In this document: one piece after another, positions 58,391 through 64,000 of the stretch
Numbering within the stretch: position 1 is the stretch's first letter
Layout: the number at the start of each line of letters is the position of its first letter
Assembly (NCBI GenBank): GCA_016721825.1
Contig: JADKHI010000002.1
Span: 105,424 to 169,423, forward strand
Source of the DNA: Flavobacteriales bacterium
GTDB taxonomy: Bacteria > Bacteroidota > Bacteroidia > Flavobacteriales_F > PHOS-HE28
Length of the DNA: 64,000 bases
Direction of reading: 5' to 3'
Notes under the pieces: generated by a model
The model's input: only the letters and a program-made list of their open reading frames with translations
What the model was told of the DNA's origin: nothing
The model's database searches: none
Made by a program: the position numbers and the translations under genes

Positions 58391-58936
58391 ATGATGAAAG
58401 CCTTGATCACAGCGGCTTTGGTCGGCATGCAACTGTCGGTCACCGCGTTCAGCCTGCGTGTGAACGGTGTGGTCACGGATTACCTCACAGGCGCCACCAT
58501 GGATCATGTGCTGGTGCGCGTGTACCAGAATGGATCGAAGGTCGCGGGGGAAGAGACAGGTGCCCTCGGCCACTACGCCTTCGAGCTGGAGAATAACGCG
58601 GAGTATGTGATCCGCTTCAGCGGTCCTGGCCTTGTCACCAAGTGTTTCACCGTGGATACGCACGGGCTGGTGTGGGAGGGTGCCGACAAGACGAAGGAGC
58701 TGTGGGTGGAGATGACCATGTTGGAGCGCACCACGAGCATTGATCTTTCCTTCTTCGACATGCCCATGGGGCGCGCCTATTTCGAGCCGGCCACCGGGCT
58801 GGTGAGCTGGGATACCGACTACGATCGCAAGGTCCGCCCGCAGGTGGAAGCGATCATGTCACAATACCAACGCATGATGACCGCACAAGCCAGCACGTCC
58901 CGCGTAGAGGACGCCAAGGCACTGGACCGACGATAA
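58391..58936 (+). CDS. secreted protein, paralogue P4 of the same module
   Basis: VNGVVTDYLTGATMDHVLV ... LGHYAFEL ... GLVTKCFTVD ... LWVEMTML ... DMPMGRAYF ... SWDTDYDRKVRPQV. Confidence 0.7.
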   Translation: MMKALITAALVGMQLSVTAFSLRVNGVVTDYLTGATMDHVLVRVYQNGSKVAGEETGALGHYAFELENNAEYVIRFSGPGLVTKCFTVDTHGLVWEGADKTKELWVEMTMLERTTSIDLSFFDMPMGRAYFEPATGLVSWDTDYDRKVRPQVEAIMSQYQRMMTAQASTSRVEDAKALDRR

Positions 58937-58964
58937 CGACAAGTTTGGGTTGATGGGTCGCTTC

Positions 58965-59006
58965 GGCCGCCGGGACCTTCGGGTCTCAGGCGGCCGCGGC
59001 GTTTTC
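58965..59006 (+). terminator. probable intrinsic terminator after P4
   Basis: Nested hairpin ggccgcc-gggacc-ttcg-ggtc(t)c-a-ggcggcc (58965-58995), followed by gcggcgttttc. Confidence 0.5.
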
Positions 59007-59107
59007 GGGAGGATCTTAACGCGCCGTGGTTGTTGATCATCTGTTAAGGGGGCAGCGGAGCCGCCCGACCCGATCCTATCTTGGCCGCCACCCAAGCACA
59101 GTCCTCC

Positions 59108-60475
59108 ATGCGCTATTTCCTCATCCTTTGCCGCATCCTCGTCGGCGCCACCTTCATCGTCAGTGGCTTGGTGAAGGCCAACGACCCGCTCGGCTTCAGC
59201 TACAAGTTGGAGGAGTACTTCGCGGAAAGCGCGCTGAACTGGCCGGCGCTCGAACCCTGGTCCCTGGCGTTGGCCATGCTGGCCTGCTTGGGTGAAGTGG
59301 TGCTCGGCTTCGCGATCCTCGTCGGAGGAAGGATGCGCTTGGCCACTACCGCCACCCTCGTGCTCACGCTCTTCTTCGGCTGGCTTACTGCCTACACGGA
59401 CAATTGCAACCAGCGCCAAAAGGATGGGGAGAAGATGACCTACACCGTAGTGGTGAATGGCAAGGAGGAAGTGCGCGACAAGACCTGCGTGACCGACTGC
59501 GGCTGTTTCGGCGATGCCATGAAGGGCTCGCTCGGTCGCAGCCTCACACCACGCGAGAGCTTCTACAAGGACCTCATCCTCTTCGTCTTCCTGCTGCCCG
59601 TGTTCATCGTCAGTTGGCGCAAGCCGGGTATCGCCTTCAACTCAGCGGACGATGATAAGCCCCTGCTGGTGGGTGGTCTGGTGCTCGTGGCGCTGTGGAG
59701 CTGGGTCTTCGGCTGGAGCTTCTTCCTCACCTTCACCTTGGTCGGCATCCTCGGCTACCTGCTCATCAAGCGACTGGTCAGCGGTGTGAAGGCCGAGTGG
59801 CTCACCGCAGGTTGGGTCACTGTGCTCACCGTTCTGTTCATGTGGTACTGCCTGGAGCACCTGCCCATGAAGGACTACCGCCCCTTCGCCGTGGGCAAGA
59901 GCATCCCTGAGGGCATGGCCGTTCCGGAAGGAGAGAAGCCCGATGTCTACGAGACCGTGCTCACCTACAAGAACATGAAGACCGGCGAGGTGAAGGACTT
60001 CAACAGCAAGGACTACCCCTGGCAGGACAGCACCTGGGTTTGGCAGGCCACCGAGAACAAGCTCATCCAAGAGGGCTACCATCCGCCCATCCACGACTTC
60101 GTGCTCACCGATGTGGACGGCGTTGACGTGACCGAAGGCATCATGTCCGAGGCCAACCCCGTGGTGCTGATCGTCAGCAAGGACATCACTGAAGCGGCAA
60201 CGCACTGCCAACCGAACATCAACGCGCTCGCGGCCGAGGCCTTCAAGAACGGCTGGTACGTCTACGGCGTTACCGCCAGCGGCTACGAGCAGATCGAGGA
60301 GTTCCGCCACACGCACCAGAACGCCTTCGACTACCTGCGCTGCGACGGCACCGTGCTCAAGACCATCATCCGTAGCAACCCCGGTGTTCTCCTGCTACAA
60401 CAAGGCGTGGTGCGCGGGCAGTGGCATTGCAACGACACGCCCTCCATCGAAGAGGCGAAGAAGGCGTTGAAGTAG
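59108..60475 (+). CDS. DoxX-domain membrane protein with C-terminal thioredoxin-like region (BT_3928-type)
   Basis: MRYFLILCRILVGATFIVSGLVKANDPLGFSYKLEEYF ... DCGCFGDA. Confidence 0.8.
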   Translation: MRYFLILCRILVGATFIVSGLVKANDPLGFSYKLEEYFAESALNWPALEPWSLALAMLACLGEVVLGFAILVGGRMRLATTATLVLTLFFGWLTAYTDNCNQRQKDGEKMTYTVVVNGKEEVRDKTCVTDCGCFGDAMKGSLGRSLTPRESFYKDLILFVFLLPVFIVSWRKPGIAFNSADDDKPLLVGGLVLVALWSWVFGWSFFLTFTLVGILGYLLIKRLVSGVKAEWLTAGWVTVLTVLFMWYCLEHLPMKDYRPFAVGKSIPEGMAVPEGEKPDVYETVLTYKNMKTGEVKDFNSKDYPWQDSTWVWQATENKLIQEGYHPPIHDFVLTDVDGVDVTEGIMSEANPVVLIVSKDITEAATHCQPNINALAAEAFKNGWYVYGVTASGYEQIEEFRHTHQNAFDYLRCDGTVLKTIIRSNPGVLLLQQGVVRGQWHCNDTPSIEEAKKALK

Positions 60476-60483
60476 GGAGGTCC

Positions 60484-60990
60484 TCAATACTCCGCGTTGC
60501 GGTCGGTCCTCAATGTGGCGCTCACGAGTTCATCGAGCATGAAGTGCCCGTCCTCGTTGCGGTCGTTGTAGTGAACAATGGAGTCCTTGAAGTACTCGAA
60601 CATTTCGTTCGTGTAACGGTCTTCATCAGTGTCCAACTGCCGAATGATCAGTTCTCCTTTGCGGTTGAACATGAACAGTTCCTCGATGCGCCCATCGAAG
60701 TCGGCATCGCGTTCAATGAATGCCACAGTGCCGTTGCTTCCATAGTGAACAATGGAATCAGCATGCAGGTCGCCGTTCAGATCATAGGTCACATTGGCGA
60801 GCGAATGGTCCTTCTTCCATCGGATTATCATGATGTTCCTTACAGGCTCATACTCCGTTTCCATGTACTTGCTTATCCCGAGCATTTCCGCTCGGCGGTA
60901 CTGGACGAACGCCACCACGATGGCTGCAACGGCAACGGCGATGGTCAGCAGTATCCAGATCCACGGTCGTTCCAAGGTCGGTAGGCGCAT
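60484..60990 (-). CDS. membrane-anchored protein with EF-hand-like / DxDxD calcium-binding loops (low-GC)
   Basis: TM anchor WIWILLTIAVAVAAIVVAFV. Loops DLNGDLHAD, DADFDGRIEE, DTDEDRY and the canonical DRNEDGHFMLDE. Only the 3' 168 codons of ORF 60484..61935 are used. Confidence 0.55.
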   Translation of the reverse strand: MRLPTLERPWIWILLTIAVAVAAIVVAFVQYRRAEMLGISKYMETEYEPVRNIMIIRWKKDHSLANVTYDLNGDLHADSIVHYGSNGTVAFIERDADFDGRIEELFMFNRKGELIIRQLDTDEDRYTNEMFEYFKDSIVHYNDRNEDGHFMLDELVSATLRTDRNAEY

Positions 60991-61128
60991 TGGACCAAAG
61001 TAGTTCTCCTGGGTATTGCATTGATCACGATCCCCTGTTAGCACTTGTCCACTGCCCGGTCGCGAAGGGTGTGCGCCGAAGCCATCTTTGTCCTTCCACC
61101 GGTCGCACCAGTGTCCGGCGGATGTTGC

Positions 61129-61890
61129 ATGCGAACGATCGTGGCCGGGAATTGGAAGATGAACAAGGATCGTGCGGAAGCGCTGGCCTTGGTGAGCAAG
61201 TTGGTCGGTTGGTCCGAAGAGCTGGAAGGCGATGTGGAAGTGGTGATCGCGCCGCCCTTTCCTTTCCTTGAGATGGCTGTGCAATGCACGCGCGGCACAC
61301 GGATCAAGGTGGCCGCACAGAACTGCCACGCGGTCGCACAAGGCGCCTACACCGGTGAGGTGAGCGTGCTGATGCTGAAGAGCCTGGGCGTCACGCACTG
61401 CATCGTCGGCCACAGCGAACGCCGCCAGTACTTCGGTGAGACCGATACCCAAGTGGCCGAGAAGATGAAGACCCTGCTCTTTCATGGTCTCACTCCGATC
61501 TACTGCTGTGGCGAGGTGTTGAGCGAGCGGGAGAGCGGCAAGTTCTTCCATGTGGTTGAAGAGCAACTGCGCGAAGCGCTCGGCGGGCTTTCCGAAGAAG
61601 AGCTTGCCGGTTGCATCGTGGCTTACGAACCCGTGTGGGCCATCGGCACCGGGCGCACGGCCAGTGCGGAACAGGCCCAGGAAATGCACGCCTTCATCCG
61701 CGCCTACCTCAGCGAGCGAGGCGCACCGGAGGTCCCCATTCTGTACGGTGGTAGCTGCAAGCCGGACAACGCCGCATCGCTCTTCGCCTGCGCGGATGTG
61801 AACGGTGGCCTCATCGGCGGCGCGGCCTTGGATGCCGGTCAGTTCACCGAGCTCGTCCACATCGCCCACCGTGTGAAGCAGGACGCCTAG
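61129..61890 (+). CDS. tpiA: triosephosphate isomerase
   Basis: IVAGNWKMN, GAYTGEVS, IVGHSERR, AYEPVWAIGTG, YGGS. Confidence 0.95.
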   Translation: MRTIVAGNWKMNKDRAEALALVSKLVGWSEELEGDVEVVIAPPFPFLEMAVQCTRGTRIKVAAQNCHAVAQGAYTGEVSVLMLKSLGVTHCIVGHSERRQYFGETDTQVAEKMKTLLFHGLTPIYCCGEVLSERESGKFFHVVEEQLREALGGLSEEELAGCIVAYEPVWAIGTGRTASAEQAQEMHAFIRAYLSERGAPEVPILYGGSCKPDNAASLFACADVNGGLIGGAALDAGQFTELVHIAHRVKQDA

Positions 61891-61933
61891 GTCACCCTTT
61901 GAACTTCGAACCCTGCACTTTGGACTTTCCTCC

Positions 61934-62773
61934 ATGAACTACACCGAGGTCGACTTTCTGATCGCGCCACTGGAGCCCTGGCGGGACATCCTGCTGGCGG
62001 AGCTCGGCGAGCTGGGTTACGACAGCTTTGAGGAGACCACGGGCGGGCTGAAGGCCTACATCCTCTCCGAGCGCTTCGAGCGGAAGGTGTTGCCCGAGCT
62101 CCTGGCCCTACGCGACCCGCATGCTTCGGTAAGCTACACCGTCCGGGCTGTCGACCCGAAGAACTGGAACGCGGAGTGGGAGCGGAGCTTCACGCCTGTG
62201 GAGGTGGGAACGGATGTCCGCATACGCGCGGACTTCCACGAGCCGGCCCCGGGCTTCAAGTACGAACTGATCATCACGCCACGCATGGCCTTCGGCACGG
62301 GCCACCATGCCACCACACGCATGATGGTGCAGGCGATGATGGGCCTTGATCTGAAGGGGCAGGCCGTTTGCGACCTTGGCAGTGGTACGGCGGTACTTGC
62401 CGTGCTGGCGGAGAAGCTCGGTGCCATCGACGTGCTGGCCATCGACATTGATGCGCTCGCGGAGGAGAATGCGCGCGAGAACGTGGAGCGCAATGGTTGT
62501 CATGCCATCACTGTGGAAAAGGGGACCGTCGCGGACCTGAAGGGGCGGCGGTACGGCACTATTTTGGCGAACATCGAACGGAACACCTTGATGCGCGACA
62601 TGGACGCCATGCGCGATGCATTGTTACCGGGCGGTGCCTTGTTGCTCAGTGGCTTCGTGGTGGGCGACCGCCACATGATGATCCAGTGCGCAAAGGAGGC
62701 CGGACTGCTCGTGGAGGAACGGATGAATGAAGGCGAATGGGCCCTGATCGGATGCCGAAAACCACTCAACTGA
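61934..62773 (+). CDS. prmA: ribosomal protein L11 methyltransferase
   Basis: ITPRMAFGTGHHATTR, VCDLGSGTAVLAVLAEKLGA, LANI. Confidence 0.9.
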   Translation: MNYTEVDFLIAPLEPWRDILLAELGELGYDSFEETTGGLKAYILSERFERKVLPELLALRDPHASVSYTVRAVDPKNWNAEWERSFTPVEVGTDVRIRADFHEPAPGFKYELIITPRMAFGTGHHATTRMMVQAMMGLDLKGQAVCDLGSGTAVLAVLAEKLGAIDVLAIDIDALAEENARENVERNGCHAITVEKGTVADLKGRRYGTILANIERNTLMRDMDAMRDALLPGGALLLSGFVVGDRHMMIQCAKEAGLLVEERMNEGEWALIGCRKPLN

Positions 62774-64000
62774 CCCACCTGCTGCTGCGCCTTGTCGCAG
62801 CGCTGATCCTCTTTGTCGGTGTCCTGGCGGCGCAGGCACAGACCAAACCGTTCACGGACGATCAGGCGGTCTTTCTCCAAGAGGTCACCACCTTCCTGGT
62901 GGATGCGGACAAGAAGGAAGGCAAGCCCTTCGTGGAGCAGGTCTTCACACCGGCCTGGAACGGTGGCTTCCTCTCGGCACCGCAACGGACCAAGGTGGTG
63001 GAGATGGCGAACTTCATGCTGAAGAAGCGCTTCGAGGCCTTCCCGCACTTCCGCGATTACCTGGCCGCAGTGGCCGCCTTCTGCAACAGCGGTCGCAGCG
63101 CCGCCGAGTTCGATACGTGGATGAAAAGCCTGGACGCCATGGTCCAGAGCGGGCGCAAGAAGAACTTCGCCTCGTTCATTGAGATGTGCGCGGGCCTGTT
63201 CAAGGACAACAGCCTGTACAAGAGCGCCAGCACGCAATGGCGATCCAGCAGCGGCGTCTTCACCTTCGAGTACGACACGGTGCCGAAGGTCGTCTTCCCG
63301 AAGCTCGACCTGATCTGCCTGGCCAAGGGCGATAGCGCGGTGATCAAGAACACCAGCGGCGTTTACTACCCGAGCGAGGAGATCTGGCGTGGTCGCGGTG
63401 GGCGCGTGACCTGGGCGCGTGCCGGGTTGAAGCCGGAGTCCACGTATGCCGAGTGGTCGCACGCCTACGAGATCAAGGTGAAGAGCTCCACCTTCGAGGT
63501 GGACTCCGTGCAGTTCAACGATCCCTACTTCGAGAAGACCCTGTTCGGCAAGATCACGGACAAGGTGCTCGCCAACGTTGAGGCCGACAACGCGAGCTAC
63601 CCACGTTTTGAGAGCTACGACCGCCGCATGAAGATCCGGGAGATCGTGGAAGGCATCGACTTCGAAGGTGGTTTCACCCTACAAGGGGCGAAGCTGCAAG
63701 GCTACGGCACCAAGGAGGAGCCCGCCTTCCTCACCTTTTACCGCGACAAGCGCCCCTTCATCATCACCAAGGGTCTGCTCTTCACCATCGAACCCGAGCG
63801 CATCACCAGTCAGGATGTGAGCATGACCCTGCGCCTGGAGAAGGACTCGATCTACCACCCGAGCGTGAGCCTCCGGTTCCTGAAGGACAAGAAGCAGCTC
63901 AGCCTGATCAAGAAGGACGAAGGACTGTCCAAGGGACCGTTCTACGACACCTTCCATGATCTCGACATGTACTTCGAGATGCTCACGTGGAAGCAGGGCG
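62752..64000 (+). CDS. secreted hypothetical protein (N-terminal part; continues beyond window end)
   Basis: Not in the ORF track because it runs off the window. ATG at 62752 gives MPKTTQLTHLLLRLVAALILFVGVLAAQAQ, then an open frame to 64000. Overlaps the prmA end by 22 nt. Confidence 0.6.
   Translation, partial: MPKTTQLTHLLLRLVAALILFVGVLAAQAQTKPFTDDQAVFLQEVTTFLVDADKKEGKPFVEQVFTPAWNGGFLSAPQRTKVVEMANFMLKKRFEAFPHFRDYLAAVAAFCNSGRSAAEFDTWMKSLDAMVQSGRKKNFASFIEMCAGLFKDNSLYKSASTQWRSSSGVFTFEYDTVPKVVFPKLDLICLAKGDSAVIKNTSGVYYPSEEIWRGRGGRVTWARAGLKPESTYAEWSHAYEIKVKSSTFEVDSVQFNDPYFEKTLFGKITDKVLANVEADNASYPRFESYDRRMKIREIVEGIDFEGGFTLQGAKLQGYGTKEEPAFLTFYRDKRPFIITKGLLFTIEPERITSQDVSMTLRLEKDSIYHPSVSLRFLKDKKQLSLIKKDEGLSKGPFYDTFHDLDMYFEMLTWKQG

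Noticed and set aside
60991-61935. N-terminal 315 codons of ORF 60484..61935 (483 aa).
   Set aside because: This part is antisense to tpiA and the product is Ala/Gly/His/Arg-rich. Only the low-GC 3' part from MRLPTLERPW (60990) looks like a gene.
1-64000. Search by eye of intergenic regions over 80 nt for tRNA, rRNA, tmRNA, RNase P or riboswitch-like structures. Regions checked: 8361-8579, 10651-10866, 29904-30154, 37387-37542, 58239-58390, 58937-59107, 60991-61128.
   Set aside because: No cloverleaf-compatible or otherwise recognisable conserved RNA motifs were seen. A covariance-model scan (Infernal/Rfam, tRNAscan-SE) would be needed to exclude small RNAs.

Overview
High-GC Bacteroidota-type chromosomal segment. 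Supporting signs are T9SS C-terminal sorting domains, TAnnTTTG-like promoter boxes, and folP/DUF1599/DoxX/tpiA/prmA neighbours. I call about 58 protein genes. I found no rRNA, tRNA, CRISPR array, transposase or integrase by eye. Recognisable housekeeping genes are rimO, bshC, guaA, hemF, rplS, trmD, folP, tpiA and prmA. There is a divergent cyanophycin pair (cphB/cphA), a Y_Y_Y sensor kinase with a LuxR-type regulator, an MMPL/RND transporter, and four T9SS cargo genes. One cargo gene is a 2024-aa type-B giant made of about 25 modules of ~69 aa. Two genes are disrupted: a TonB-dependent receptor and a C1 peptidase-DUF4384 gene. Both frameshifts sit in 5-base G/C homopolymers. Most noteworthy points: (1) four paralogues of an unnamed ~180-aa secreted module are interleaved with the folP-to-tpiA housekeeping block; (2) two convergent paralogous membrane class III cyclases bracket a translationally coupled secreted repeat protein; (3) a ~1.1 kb low-GC islet is fused to the 3' end of cphA and carries a DUF4265 gene, a truncated ORF6N gene, palindromic elements and a duplicated leader module; (4) many genes have a -7-like box 4-8 nt from the start codon, which would imply leaderless mRNAs; (5) the 414-bp tandem repeats in the giant adhesin differ almost only at synonymous sites where I checked by hand. 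I recognise no known defence, toxin or mobile system. All functional calls come from motif recognition by eye and need database confirmation.
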